A stretch of 64,000 bases of DNA from an uncultured Acidimicrobiaceae bacterium (lineage in GTDB: Bacteria; Actinomycetota; Acidimicrobiia; Spongiisociales; UBA5794): NCBI GenBank assembly GCA_964416425.1, contig CAYQEC010000005.1, positions 9,328 through 73,327 of the forward strand, written 5' to 3'. The position numbers were made by a program, and so were the translations under genes. The notes beneath the pieces were generated by a model. The model searched no databases and had not been told where the DNA came from. It saw nothing but the letters and a program-made list of their open reading frames with translations. Each line of letters starts with the position of its first letter. Positions within the stretch are counted from its first letter, which is position 1. Shown here in pieces: positions 37,513-47,539 of the stretch.

Positions 37513-38422
37513 ACCGATGACCAGCGCCGCACTGGTAGGGGCGGAGGCGATCGAGGAGATACCGATTGGGCCGGAAGGAAGCTTGTGGTCGGACGCGTGG
37601 CGCCTGCTACGGCGGCGTCCCATCTTCATCATCTCGTCACTGCTGGTGATTCTCATGGTTCTCATCGCTCTCTTCCCAGGCCTCTTCAACTTCCCCGGCT
37701 ACAACCCGCGCGATTGCCCGTTGCAGGATGCGCGGCTGCGGCCGAGCGCCGAGCACTGGTTCGGTACGGATCTGCTTGGCTGCGATTACTACGCCCGTGT
37801 CCTCTACGGGACACGGGTGTCGATCGCCATCGGAATCATCGTCACCACCGTCGCCACCGTTGTTGCCCTCATCTTCGGATCAATCGCCGGCTACTACGGG
37901 GGTCTCGTCGACACGCTCATCGCTCGCGCCACCGACGTGGTGTTCGCCATCCCCCTCATCCTGGGCGGCATCCTCATCCTCAGCCTCGTCGGGCAGCGTG
38001 GGATCATGCAGGTGAGCGCGGTACTCATCCTCTTGGGATGGCCGACGATGCTCCGCCTGGCGCGCTCGTCGGTCCTGGCGGTCAAGGAGAACGACTACGT
38101 CGATGCGGCTCGTGCTCTGGGGGCGAGCAGCTTCCGGATCATCCGCCGTCACATCCTCCCCAATGCGCTGGCTCCGGTGATCGTCTACGCCACCATCACC
38201 GTGGGAACGATCATCGCGGCGGAAGCGGCGCTCTCGTTCCTCGGTGTCGGCCTCCAGCTCCCCGCTATCTCCTGGGGCCTCATGATCAGCGTTGCCCAAA
38301 ACCGGCTACGCACCGATCCCCACCTGCTGTTCTTCCCCGGGCTCTTCCTCTCCATCACGGTGTTCGCCTTCATCTTGATGGGTGACGCCCTGCGCGACGC
38401 TCTCGATCCGAAGCTCCGCTGA
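37505..38422 (+). CDS. ABC transporter permease (DppC/OppC-like)
   Basis: The ATG at 37505 overlaps the upstream stop. The EAA-like loop is ARALGASSFRIIRRHILPNA. Confidence 0.9.
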   Translation: MTEPMTSAALVGAEAIEEIPIGPEGSLWSDAWRLLRRRPIFIISSLLVILMVLIALFPGLFNFPGYNPRDCPLQDARLRPSAEHWFGTDLLGCDYYARVLYGTRVSIAIGIIVTTVATVVALIFGSIAGYYGGLVDTLIARATDVVFAIPLILGGILILSLVGQRGIMQVSAVLILLGWPTMLRLARSSVLAVKENDYVDAARALGASSFRIIRRHILPNALAPVIVYATITVGTIIAAEAALSFLGVGLQLPAISWGLMISVAQNRLRTDPHLLFFPGLFLSITVFAFILMGDALRDALDPKLR

Positions 38423-39465
38423 TGACAGCCGTGGATACCTACAAGAAGAACACGATCGGTGATCGAGCGCTCGATCCCTCGGCGCCGCTGCTCACCGTTG
38501 ATGATCTCCACGTCGAGTTCCGCATGGACATGGGCACGGTGAAGGCGGTCAATGGCCTCACCTACAGCCTGGACCGGCATGAGACGCTGGCCATCCTCGG
38601 TGAGTCCGGAAGCGGAAAGAGCGTGAATGCCCAGGCGGTGATGGGCATCATCGACACCCCTCCCGGCTACGTCACTCGAGGGAGCGTGAAGTTCCGCGGC
38701 GCCGAGCTCCTCGACCTTCCGGAGTCACAGCGACGCACGGTGCGCGGAGAGCGCATCGCGATGATCTTCCAGGATGCTCTCACCGCCCTCAACCCGGTCT
38801 TCTCTGTCGGATGGCAGATCGCCGAGATGTTCCGCATCCATCGGGGCGCGACCAAGAAAGAGGGCTTCGAGAGGGCGATCGGGTTGATGGACCGAGCCAA
38901 GATCCCCATGGCCCGAGAGCGGGTGAACTCCTACCCGCACGAGTTCTCCGGGGGGATGCGTCAGCGGGTGATGATCGCCATGGCGCTGGCGCTCGACCCT
39001 GACATCCTCATCGCCGACGAGCCGACGACGGCCCTCGACGTCACCGTACAGGCCCAGATCATGCAGCTGCTCGCCGATCTCCAGCAGGAGACCGGCATGG
39101 GCCTCATCCTCATCACCCACGACCTCGGCGTCGTCGCCGAAGTGGCCGACAACGTCGTCGTGATGTATGCCGGGCGGGAGGTCGAGACGGGGGAGATCAA
39201 CCAGGTGTACCACGATCCGACCCATCCCTACACGCTCGGGCTCATGCAGTCGATTCCACGGCCTGACGTGCACACCGACCGCCTCAACCCCATCAAGGGA
39301 TCTCCTCCCGACCTCATGCACATCCCGTCGGGGTGCCCGTTCCATCCCCGCTGCCCCTATGCCAGGGAGAAGTGCGTCATCGAGGAGCCGTCCCTGCATG
39401 AGGTCGCTCCGGGGCGAGTGAGCGCTTGCCACTTCTGGAAGGAGGTCCGCGGTGACCGCGCCTGA
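38422..39465 (+). CDS. ABC transporter ATP-binding protein (DppD/OppD-like)
   Basis: The Walker A is GESGSGKS, the signature is FSGGMRQR and the Walker B is [12 protein letters not shown]. An oligopeptide C-terminal domain follows. Confidence 0.95.
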   Translation: MTAVDTYKKNTIGDRALDPSAPLLTVDDLHVEFRMDMGTVKAVNGLTYSLDRHETLAILGESGSGKSVNAQAVMGIIDTPPGYVTRGSVKFRGAELLDLPESQRRTVRGERIAMIFQDALTALNPVFSVGWQIAEMFRIHRGATKKEGFERAIGLMDRAKIPMARERVNSYPHEFSGGMRQRVMIAMALALDPDILIADEPTTALDVTVQAQIMQLLADLQQETGMGLILITHDLGVVAEVADNVVVMYAGREVETGEINQVYHDPTHPYTLGLMQSIPRPDVHTDRLNPIKGSPPDLMHIPSGCPFHPRCPYAREKCVIEEPSLHEVAPGRVSACHFWKEVRGDRA

Positions 39466-40477
39466 TCAGACCCCGACCTCAAACGAGGTGGTGCTGAAGG
39501 TCGAAAACCTCGTCAAGTACTTCCCCATCACACGAGGGATCCTCTTCCAGCACCAGATCGGCACGGTCAAGGCCGTCGATGACATCAGCTTCGATTTGCG
39601 CCGCGGCGAGACACTCGGCCTGGTGGGAGAGTCGGGCTGCGGCAAGACCACGACGGCGCGCACCATCCTGCGCCTGGAGAACCCGACCAGCGGCCACGCC
39701 TCCTACATGGGCCGCGACATCTTCGAGCTGTCCCGATCGGAGATGCGGGAACTGCGACGGAGAATCCAGGTGATCTTCCAGGACCCCTACGCCTCACTCA
39801 ACCCGCGGATGACGATCGGCGACATCATCACCGAGGGATGGAGGGTTCACAAGGGCGTCGTCGCCAAGCCGAAACAGCGGGCCCGAGTCCATGAGCTGCT
39901 GGAGTTGGTGGGCCTCAACCCGGATCACATCAATCGCTATCCGCATCAGTTCTCCGGCGGGCAGCGCCAGCGTATCGGCGTCGCCCGTGCCTTGGCACTC
40001 GAGCCGCGCATCATCATCTGTGACGAGCCGGTTTCGGCACTCGACGTGTCGGTGCAGGCGCAGGTGGTCAACCTGCTGGAGGACATCCAGGACGAGCTTG
40101 GCCTGTCGTACCTGTTCATCGCCCACGACCTGTCGGTCGTGCGCCACATCTGCGACCACATCGCCGTGATGTACCTGGGGAAGATCGTCGAGATCGGCAA
40201 CGAGTACGACGTGTACGACAACAGCGCCCACCCCTACACGGAAGCGCTGCTGTCGGCCGTCCCGATCCCCGATCCGGCTCTCAGGGACAAGGAGCGGAGG
40301 ATCTTGCTGGAGGGCGACGTGCCGAGCCCCGCCGACCCGCCGAGTGGCTGTCGCTTCCGGACGCGCTGCTGGAAGGCGCAGGACGTGTGCGCCACCGATC
40401 CGCCCGAGTTGGTGGAGCGAGGCCAGGGGCACCCGGTGGCGTGCCATTTCCCCCAGGTGGAATTCGCCAGGCCTTAG
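39452..40477 (+). CDS. ABC transporter ATP-binding protein (DppF/OppF-like)
   Basis: The Walker A is GESGCGKT, the signature is FSGGQRQR and the Walker B is [12 protein letters not shown]. Confidence 0.95.
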   Translation: MTAPDQTPTSNEVVLKVENLVKYFPITRGILFQHQIGTVKAVDDISFDLRRGETLGLVGESGCGKTTTARTILRLENPTSGHASYMGRDIFELSRSEMRELRRRIQVIFQDPYASLNPRMTIGDIITEGWRVHKGVVAKPKQRARVHELLELVGLNPDHINRYPHQFSGGQRQRIGVARALALEPRIIICDEPVSALDVSVQAQVVNLLEDIQDELGLSYLFIAHDLSVVRHICDHIAVMYLGKIVEIGNEYDVYDNSAHPYTEALLSAVPIPDPALRDKERRILLEGDVPSPADPPSGCRFRTRCWKAQDVCATDPPELVERGQGHPVACHFPQVEFARP

Positions 40478-40504
40478 CCACGGCAAGGAGCCCCCCTCAG
40501 CGCC

Positions 40505-40975
40505 ATGAGCGTCCCGCCGTTCGCTCGCCGCTTCGCTCTTTCGGTCCTGGTACTCGCGCTGCCCTGCGCCGCCTGCTCGTCGTCGGGCGACACCACCACG
40601 ACGACGACCGAGGGGGTCGCTCCCGGGGAGTTCGCCTTCGTCACCTACACGCCGGAGGAGGGCGACCAGGCCATCGCCAACATGCCGGCGACGTTGGTGC
40701 TCGACAACGGGTGCACCTGGCTCGACGTGGGCCCGAACGACCGGCCGCTCCTCGCACTGTGGCCTGCAGACTGGACGGCCGAGGTGGTGGGGGACGGGAT
40801 CGAGATCCGCAAGTCCGACGGGACGGTGATACCGTTCGGCGAGCCTCTCTTGTTCCCGGGTGGAGGCACGACGCACGAGAGCGCCGCCGAGGTGGTGACC
40901 TCCCCCATCCCGATGCGATGCCTCGACTTCATGGAGTATCTGGTCTTCGACGTGTTGCCGGCGACCCTGGATTGA
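40505..40975 (+). CDS. Lipoprotein, hypothetical
   Basis: The lipobox is LALPCAACSSSG and a poly-Thr stretch follows. Confidence 0.6.
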   Translation: MSVPPFARRFALSVLVLALPCAACSSSGDTTTTTTEGVAPGEFAFVTYTPEEGDQAIANMPATLVLDNGCTWLDVGPNDRPLLALWPADWTAEVVGDGIEIRKSDGTVIPFGEPLLFPGGGTTHESAAEVVTSPIPMRCLDFMEYLVFDVLPATLD

Positions 40976-41026
40976 GGCGAACGTCCGGGAAGTACGAGGA
41001 GGGCTGCCCTCGGCCGCGGAACGACC

Positions 41027-42022
41027 TCAGGATTCGGGGAGGTCGGTGACGATCTGCGGCGGCTGGTAGGTGACTTCGCTCACCACCGTGCCGGGAGGGA
41101 TGCCCAGCTCCGTGTCGCCGTCGACGTCGGTCCCGGTCCGGTCGATCAGTGTCCCGTCCGGTCCCAGGGTGATGGCGTCACGCTGGATCCCTCCGTTCTG
41201 CTCGTAGGTGACGGCGAGGGTGATCGCGCCGTCGGGCCGGCGCTCCACGAGATCGAGCGGCAGGCCGGCCAGCATCTCGGCGATGGCGGCCCGCAGCTCG
41301 GGGCCGGCGACGCCGGTTTCGAGGATTTCACCGGCCTTGTCGAACAGCTCGACGTGGAGCGGCCGCTCGCCAGAGCCGAGGGCGAGCTGGGTCTCCAAGG
41401 CCTCTCGGAGCCGGTCGGCGTCGGCGGGCCAGTCGGTGGTGGCGTTGTCGTTCTCGATGCCGGTGTAGCGCCCGAACACCACCTCTCCCACCTGGTCCCG
41501 CTCAGCGCCGCCGTTGGCCTCCCAGGCGGCACGCACCTCGTCATCGAAGAAGATCGGCTCGCCGGCGATGCTCCGACGCTGGTAGAACGAGGTGGCCGGC
41601 TGGTACCAGACCTCGACGTGCTCGGGCAGGAGGTAGCCGACGCTGGCGCGGTCAAGCCCGAATTCCTCACCTGGCCTCACTCCGAGGTTGGTCGCGTCGT
41701 ACTCGAGGGAGATGAAAGAGCCCGTGGGAATGTCGAGTGGCGTTGCGTCGCGGGCGGCGTGAGCGATCTCGGTGAGTGCCGCCTCGGCGGCTCCCGGCTG
41801 GAGGGCGGCAACGCCGACGAAGAGGGCGGCGACGATGGCCATGGCCGCGGCGGGGACCGCCCAACGCCATCCGATGCGCCACCGCCGGCGGGTGGCGAGG
41901 GCCCCATCGGCGGCGATGACTCGTTCCAGGCGCGTGAAGGCGGCCCGCTCCTCTTCGGGAGTGGGTGCGGGGTCGCCGGCGAGGCGGCGGAGGTGCTCGA
42001 ATGGATCGAAGGGATCACTCAT
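41027..42022 (-). CDS. Membrane-spanning anti-sigma factor, cognate to the ECF sigma
   Basis: The start is at MSDPFDPFEHL. One TM helix (WAVPAAAMAIVAALFVGV) precedes a ~250 aa extracytoplasmic domain. It lies immediately downstream of the ECF sigma gene. Confidence 0.7.
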   Translation of the reverse strand: MSDPFDPFEHLRRLAGDPAPTPEEERAAFTRLERVIAADGALATRRRWRIGWRWAVPAAAMAIVAALFVGVAALQPGAAEAALTEIAHAARDATPLDIPTGSFISLEYDATNLGVRPGEEFGLDRASVGYLLPEHVEVWYQPATSFYQRRSIAGEPIFFDDEVRAAWEANGGAERDQVGEVVFGRYTGIENDNATTDWPADADRLREALETQLALGSGERPLHVELFDKAGEILETGVAGPELRAAIAEMLAGLPLDLVERRPDGAITLAVTYEQNGGIQRDAITLGPDGTLIDRTGTDVDGDTELGIPPGTVVSEVTYQPPQIVTDLPES

Positions 42023-42644
42023 CGGATCGTCCTGGAGGTTCACTAGGTGATTGGTCGTCTTCTGCAAAAAGGTTCCGGAGCCGGTCCCGGGCGCGGGAGA
42101 GTCGGGACCGCACCGTGCCCACCGGGATGCCCAAGGTCTCGCCGATCTCCTGGTAGCTGAGGTCGGCAAGCAGGTGCAGGCCCACCACGTCCCGTTCCTC
42201 GGGCCGCAGCCGCTCCAGGACACGGCGCAGCTCGGCATGGGCGGTCGCGGCGTCGACCCGGTCGATGAGGTCGTCCTCGAACCCGGGCTCTACCCAGCCC
42301 GACGGATTCGCCGCTTCCAGGCTGTCGTCGGTGACGGGAAGGAGCCGGATCCGCCGGGCCCGCTTCCGGTAGTGGGCAAAGACGAGGTGGCCGGCGATTC
42401 CGTAGAGCCAAGGCAGCGCCGTTGGTCGGGTGAGGTCGTAGGTGTGCCGTGATTTGAAGGCCTGTTCGAACACCTCGGCCGCCAAGTCGTTGCCGTCGCC
42501 GGGGCCGACCGCCCGGACCAGGTAGCGGTAGATGGCGTGGTAGTGGCGGTGGAAGAGCGCGCCGAACTCTTCCGGGTCGGCCAAGGAGGCCTCGATGAGT
42601 TCGGCATCGCTCCGGTCGCCCGTCATTGCGGCACATCTTGCCAC
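42015..42644 (-). CDS. ECF (sigma-70 family) sigma factor
   Basis: Region 2 is HYHAIYRYLVR...ALPWLYGIAGHLVFAHYRK and region 4 is LSYQEIGETLGIPVGTVRSRLSRARDRL. The start may be the internal MTGDRSD. Confidence 0.9.
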   Translation of the reverse strand: MARCAAMTGDRSDAELIEASLADPEEFGALFHRHYHAIYRYLVRAVGPGDGNDLAAEVFEQAFKSRHTYDLTRPTALPWLYGIAGHLVFAHYRKRARRIRLLPVTDDSLEAANPSGWVEPGFEDDLIDRVDAATAHAELRRVLERLRPEERDVVGLHLLADLSYQEIGETLGIPVGTVRSRLSRARDRLRNLFAEDDQSPSEPPGRSDE

Positions 42645-42670
42645 GTGCCGGCGATCGGAGTCTGCCGGCG

Positions 42671-43234
42671 TCAGCTACTCAGGTAGGCGACGGATTCCGT
42701 TCGGTTGTTGAGGGTCGACAGGTTGTCGGTGGTGCCTGACCCGTAGGTGTCCTGCGACGCACCGCCCTTGTTCGGGTAGTCGTAGTGCCTCAGCCGGGTG
42801 CAGCCGTTCCACGACGACGAGATCTGGTTGTCCCACGCCGCGCTCGTGTTCCACCAGCCGCCGGTGCACGACGAGCCCCGGATCGTCACCGAACTGCCGG
42901 AGCCGTTGAAGCCGTCGTAGTGGGTGCCGAGAGCGAAGCCGGACAGCAGCACCTGCAGGTCGGGATCGGTCCACAGCGCCGCCGCCGGCGTCCCCGGGTC
43001 GACCCTCACCGCGCCTCCGCTGGCGTCGGCGACCGCCTCGGCAAAGCTGGCAAAGCACCGCGCCGGGGCCATCACCAGCTCCCCGTCGGGCTTCTGATAC
43101 CGCACCTGGAGCACGCAGTGGGTCTCGGGCTCCGGTGTGTCCGCCGTCGCGGCGGGTGACGGCGCCAGGGTCGCCGCCCCTGCTACTCCCACCAGCAGCG
43201 CCATGAGCCATCGCGCCGAATGATGCATGGACAT
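42671..43234 (-). CDS. Secreted hypothetical protein
   Basis: The signal peptide is MSMHHSARWLMALLVGVAGAATLAPSPAATA. The product has several Cys and Trp/Gly-rich C-terminal repeats (CTGGWWNTSAAWDNQISSSWNGC). Confidence 0.55.
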   Translation of the reverse strand: MSMHHSARWLMALLVGVAGAATLAPSPAATADTPEPETHCVLQVRYQKPDGELVMAPARCFASFAEAVADASGGAVRVDPGTPAAALWTDPDLQVLLSGFALGTHYDGFNGSGSSVTIRGSSCTGGWWNTSAAWDNQISSSWNGCTRLRHYDYPNKGGASQDTYGSGTTDNLSTLNNRTESVAYLSS

Positions 43235-44041
43235 GGGAACCTCCACAGATCGACCTCTCTCATTGTCCCCCGTCCCTCTGACATTTCCATCCCCGGAACC
43301 GGGAATCTGCTCGCGGCCAAGAGCAGCACGGGGGTCCCGGAGGGGCACGACCTCCACAGATCACCACTCCGGGGCCCAACGGGGCCCGCCTCGCTACCAA
43401 GACGATCGGCGACTACTCGCTGGGTTCGGTGATCGACTCGCTCCCGGAGATGGACCCGGCGGTGGTCCTCGGTGAACCGACCGGCGCCGGCCCGTGAGGA
43501 CCGCATTCCTCCCCCGCCACGGCGACGGGACGGCGACCGTGTCCGCCCGGTGGACCCCATGGTTGGTGGCCGGCATCTCCTGGCCAGATGGGCTCTCCAC
43601 ACTGTGCGGTCCTTGGCACAAGACGGCTGGCAGCAGCGCGAGCCTGCTCGCGGCGTATCGGGAGGACGTCTACTGGCCAGGCCGGTGGCGTCTTCCAAGG
43701 GGAGGAAGCATGACGATCGTGACCGATCCCCGAGCGATCCGGACCCACCGATGCGGAGCGCCAGTGGCGGTGCTCGTGGTGATGGCCCCCGCTCGCCGGC
43801 TGCGGAGAGGAATCCATGAGGGTGGCGCCTACCGAAAGGTCGCCGGGCGAGCCGGCGACCACCATCTCCCGCGCCGGCGATGGCCCGAGCGTGCTCTGGC
43901 TGCGGTGCTCCGGCCCCTGGGCGGCGATCGACACATCCGGTGCCGTGAACCCTTGATGGCCGGAAGCCAAGCGACTGTGATCATCGTGCAGGCGTCGTTT
44001 CGCTCACCTGTGACACGCTCGCGTGTGGGCCCGGCGACTCC

Positions 44042-45385
44042 CTAGCGGGAGCCGAGACGGAGCTGGTGGGCGACGAGCATCGCCATCTCCATGGATTGCT
44101 CGTAGTTGAGCCGGGGATCGAGCGTCGACCGGTACTCCCGCCCGAGGTCGGCGTCGGAGAGTCCCCTGGCGCCTCCCGTGCATTCGGTGACGTTCTCGCC
44201 GGTGAGCTCGAAGTGGATGCCCCCCAGTACGGACCCCATCTCGTGGTGGATGCGGAAGGTCGCCTCGACTTCCTCGAGGATCGTCTCGAAGCGTCGCGTC
44301 TTGATGCCGCCGGCGGTGATCTCGGTATTGCCGTGCATCGGGTCGACGGTCCAGTTGACCGTCTTGCCCGTCGCCCGCACCGTCTCGATCGCCATCGGCA
44401 ACATCTCGGTGACGTGGGCGGCTCCGAAGCGGCAGATGAAGGTGATGCGCCCCGGCTCGTCGACGGGGTGGAGGACGTCGAGCAGCCGGGTGATGCGCTC
44501 GGGGGTGGTCGCCGGCCCGAGTTTCATCCCGATGGGGTTGCGGATCCCCCGGAAGTACTCGACGTGGGCACCGTCGGGATCGGCCGTGCGCATCCCGATC
44601 CAGGGGAAATGGGTGGAGAGGTTGTAGTAGCCGTCGCTGCGGGGGACTCGTTGGGTCTGCGCCTGCTCGTAGAGGAGGGCGAGACCCTCGTGGCTGGTGA
44701 AGAACTCGGCCCGGGTGGTGCTGGGAGACCGGGCGTCGAGCACGTTCTCCATGAACTCCATCGAGTCGCGGATCGCGTCGATGATGCGCTCGTAGTCTTT
44801 GCGCATCGGTGCCCGTGTGACGAAGTCGAGGTCCCAGTACTCGGGGTGGTGCAGGTCGGTGAACCCGCCGTCGACGAGGGCTCGGATGAAGTTGATGGTG
44901 AGGCCGGCCCGCTCGTAGCCGCGCAGCAGGAGTTCCGGGTCGGGGGTGCGGTCCTCCCGGGTGAAGGGGGTGCGGTTGAGTAGGTCTCCCCGGTACGACG
45001 GGAGCGCCACGTCGCCTTGCAGCTCCTGGTCGTCGGAGCGCGGCTTGGCGTACTGGCCGGCGATGCGTCCCACCCGCACCACCTTGCGGCGGGTGCCGTG
45101 GACGAGCACCAGGCTCATCTGCAGCAGGATCTTCAGCTTGGAAGTGATCTCGTCGGCGTTGCAGGAGTCGAACGTCTCGGCACAGTCGCCTCCCTGGAGC
45201 AGGAACGCCTCTCCACGGGCGCATGCGGCGAGCTGCGCTCTTAGCGATTCGATCTCCATCGACGTCACCAGTGGAGGCAATGCGGTGAGCTGGGCGACGA
45301 CCTCGTCGACCTTCGCCGCATCGGGATACACCGGCTGCTGCAAGGCGATCTTGGTTTGCCACGAATCTGGAGACCAGTCGGTCAT
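44042..45385 (-). CDS. DAHP synthase class II (plant/AroH-like)
   Basis: The 447 aa product has the conserved type II motifs (GRIAGQYAKPRS, HGNTE). Confidence 0.9.
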   Translation of the reverse strand: MTDWSPDSWQTKIALQQPVYPDAAKVDEVVAQLTALPPLVTSMEIESLRAQLAACARGEAFLLQGGDCAETFDSCNADEITSKLKILLQMSLVLVHGTRRKVVRVGRIAGQYAKPRSDDQELQGDVALPSYRGDLLNRTPFTREDRTPDPELLLRGYERAGLTINFIRALVDGGFTDLHHPEYWDLDFVTRAPMRKDYERIIDAIRDSMEFMENVLDARSPSTTRAEFFTSHEGLALLYEQAQTQRVPRSDGYYNLSTHFPWIGMRTADPDGAHVEYFRGIRNPIGMKLGPATTPERITRLLDVLHPVDEPGRITFICRFGAAHVTEMLPMAIETVRATGKTVNWTVDPMHGNTEITAGGIKTRRFETILEEVEATFRIHHEMGSVLGGIHFELTGENVTECTGGARGLSDADLGREYRSTLDPRLNYEQSMEMAMLVAHQLRLGSR

Positions 45386-45642
45386 GAGGGGCCCTCTGCC
45401 GAGCTGGGGGCGAGCATACCGCGCACGCCGGGGCGTCCAATCTCGAGGAGGTCGATCACCTTCGACGGGACGGAGGCTGCCCGACCGGGACCCGGGCTGC
45501 TTGAGAACCCTCGAGCAACTACTCGATCCCGACTACATCAATGCCATGTGCGACGGATTCGAGGAGATCAAGGCGCAATACGGCGAGTCAGACGAGTGAG
45601 ATACGCTGGCCAGCGTTGATCACGACGGGAAGGTACCGGCGA

Positions 45643-45915
45643 ATGGCGAAGAACGAGAGCTTGCCCCTTCGCCGCGTCGTCCAAGTCGATCGTCGTGGCC
45701 GTGTGTCGCTCGCCCGGTTCGGAATCAGCGACACCCAGCTCGTCGTGGAGGAGCTGGAGGACGGTGGCGTCGCCTTGCATCCGGCCATCGTGATGACGCC
45801 GGCCGAGGCACGCCACTACGGCAACCCGGAGGCGGCCGCAGCCCTCGATCAGGCACTGGCCTCGGCGCGGGAGGGTGCCATCCGCCGATTCGAGCTTCGG
45901 CCTCGCCGGGACTGA
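45643..45915 (+). CDS. AbrB/MazE/SpoVT-fold small DNA-binding protein
   Basis: The product begins MAKNESLPLRRVVQVDRRGRVSLARFGI, a looped-hinge-helix motif. GGGAAGG lies upstream. Confidence 0.55.
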   Translation: MAKNESLPLRRVVQVDRRGRVSLARFGISDTQLVVEELEDGGVALHPAIVMTPAEARHYGNPEAAAALDQALASAREGAIRRFELRPRRD

Positions 45916-45985
45916 TCTGCTCCCACCGTCCGCGCATGAGCCTGGGTGGGATCGCCGGCTCTATGTTCACCGTTCCGTACCGAGC

Positions 45986-46582
45986 CTACGAGGCACGTGT
46001 GACTGAGCTTCGTTGCGCACTTACGACGCGGTCGGCGCGCCGCGCCAGGAACCGCTCGATATTATCCCGCTCAACGAGGTCGAGGAACGCCACATACCTG
46101 CGGAAGGCGGTACCGGCGTTGAAGGCGCTCACCCATTGCGTGACACCCGGATCGTCCACCACCACGGCCGCCCCGAGGTTCTCGGCGAGCCACGGCGCCA
46201 CCGCCGACCAGCGCCACATGCGATGCCGGCTCCGCAGGTGGGTCTCAGGGGCCGGGAAGCCGCCGGGTCCTCGCGCCCCGGTGATGTAGAGCCGGATGCT
46301 CTCACGGGTGCGGCCGACCCGCTGGGCGATCTCGGCCATGGTGACCAGGTCGTCGGGCTCGAGGTGCACCACCTGCGCCCCGGGGACCGCACCCTCGACC
46401 GCATCGACGGCCTCCTCGACAGCGGCCGGGAACGACTCGGCCTCCCGGTCGAAGTCGAGGTACTGCACGGTGCCGACCCGTCCCGCGGTGGCGTCGTCGC
46501 ATCCCGCCGCGTACAAAGCCGCCAGATTGGCGTCGTCCTGCAGGTCCGGACCATCCACGATGAGGGTGAACTGGGATCTCAT
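45986..46582 (-). CDS. Hypothetical protein with a predicted HTH
   Basis: The central HTH-like segment is TMAEIAQRVGRTRESIRLYITG. Confidence 0.5.
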   Translation of the reverse strand: MRSQFTLIVDGPDLQDDANLAALYAAGCDDATAGRVGTVQYLDFDREAESFPAAVEEAVDAVEGAVPGAQVVHLEPDDLVTMAEIAQRVGRTRESIRLYITGARGPGGFPAPETHLRSRHRMWRWSAVAPWLAENLGAAVVVDDPGVTQWVSAFNAGTAFRRYVAFLDLVERDNIERFLARRADRVVSAQRSSVTRAS

Positions 46583-46603
46583 CGCTGGTGACGCTACGAG
46601 ACA

Positions 46604-46623
46604 GTGTTGGCTATTGTCAACAC
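46604..46623. promoter_or_regulatory. Inverted repeat GTGTTG-N8-CAACAC between the Tad locus end and the HTH gene start
   Basis: A 6 bp perfect inverted repeat lies 22 nt upstream of the 46582 start codon. Confidence 0.3.
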
Positions 46624-46658
46624 CTCAGACCCCACGACCACCATCGGTGTCACGCGCT

Positions 46659-47090
46659 TCACGACCCGATGCGGGGCGTCGACGTCCCGCTGATCTGCAC
46701 CAGCACCGGGTCCTCGCCTGCCAGCAGCCCGCTGAGCAAGGCGAACTCGACCTCCCGTTCCAGGTACACGGTGACCTCGGTCTCGGTCGCCGCCACCATC
46801 GTCACCACCTCGGCCGGGTCGTAGCCGTCCTGGCGATCCAGGTACTCCAATGCCCGCGCCTCGGCCACACCCGGCACCAGGCGGGCCTCCCCGGTGGCCC
46901 GGAAGTGGCCCTCGTCGACGGCGGTGGCGCCCGCCACCGCGGCGGCGTCGGCCCACCCCGCCACCTCCTGCCGCTCGCTGAACGCCCGGTACAGGTCGAA
47001 GACGATCGACCCCAGCACGAACAGCACCAGGCAGAACCCGAGCACCCACAGCGTCACCGACCCCGCCTCGCCGGCGGCCCGGCGCCTCAC
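46659..47090 (-). CDS. TadE/TadG-like pseudopilin
   Basis: The N-terminal hydrophobic TadE segment is SVTLWVLGFCLVLFVLGSIVFD. Confidence 0.7.
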   Translation of the reverse strand: MRRRAAGEAGSVTLWVLGFCLVLFVLGSIVFDLYRAFSERQEVAGWADAAAVAGATAVDEGHFRATGEARLVPGVAEARALEYLDRQDGYDPAEVVTMVAATETEVTVYLEREVEFALLSGLLAGEDPVLVQISGTSTPRIGS

Positions 47091-47539
47091 GGGAAGCTCC
47101 GGAAGTCATCGACCCGTTCGGTGTGCTCCCGGGTGATCGTGAACGACTCCCACAGCGGGCCCACCAGCGGCACCGTGACGATCGGGAACCCGATCTCGAC
47201 CCGGGCGGTCACCGTCCCGCCCCGGGTCAACTCCCCCACCGGCGGGTCGAGTTCGAAGTCGACCGACACCACGTCGGGGTCGAGCCCGTGGTTGGCGGCG
47301 ATGGAACGGGCGATCTGGATGCCTGCCTCCTGCCCGGCGGCGGCGTCGTCGGCCAGCACCATCACCCGGGCCGCCTCCTGGGCCGCCAGGTTCGCCACCC
47401 CGTTGCGCTCCAGCATCCCCGGCACCTGGGCCAGCACCATGATCGTCGGGAACAGCAGCAACCCGACGCCGAGCAGCATCTCGATCACGGCATAGGCGCC
47501 GACCTCTTCGCGCCGCAGGCGCCGCAGCAGCACCCTCAC
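47087..47539 (-). CDS. TadE-like pseudopilin
   Basis: The N-terminus is GAYAVIEMLLGVGLLLFPTIMVLAQ. Confidence 0.7.
   Translation of the reverse strand: MRVLLRRLRREEVGAYAVIEMLLGVGLLLFPTIMVLAQVPGMLERNGVANLAAQEAARVMVLADDAAAGQEAGIQIARSIAANHGLDPDVVSVDFELDPPVGELTRGGTVTARVEIGFPIVTVPLVGPLWESFTITREHTERVDDFRSFP

Noticed and set aside
43494-44045. 183 aa + strand ORF as a gene
   Set aside because: Its GC3 is coding-like, but the translation is Trp/Arg-rich with no recognisable fold or hydrophobic core. It is kept only as a possible pseudogene remnant in the findings.
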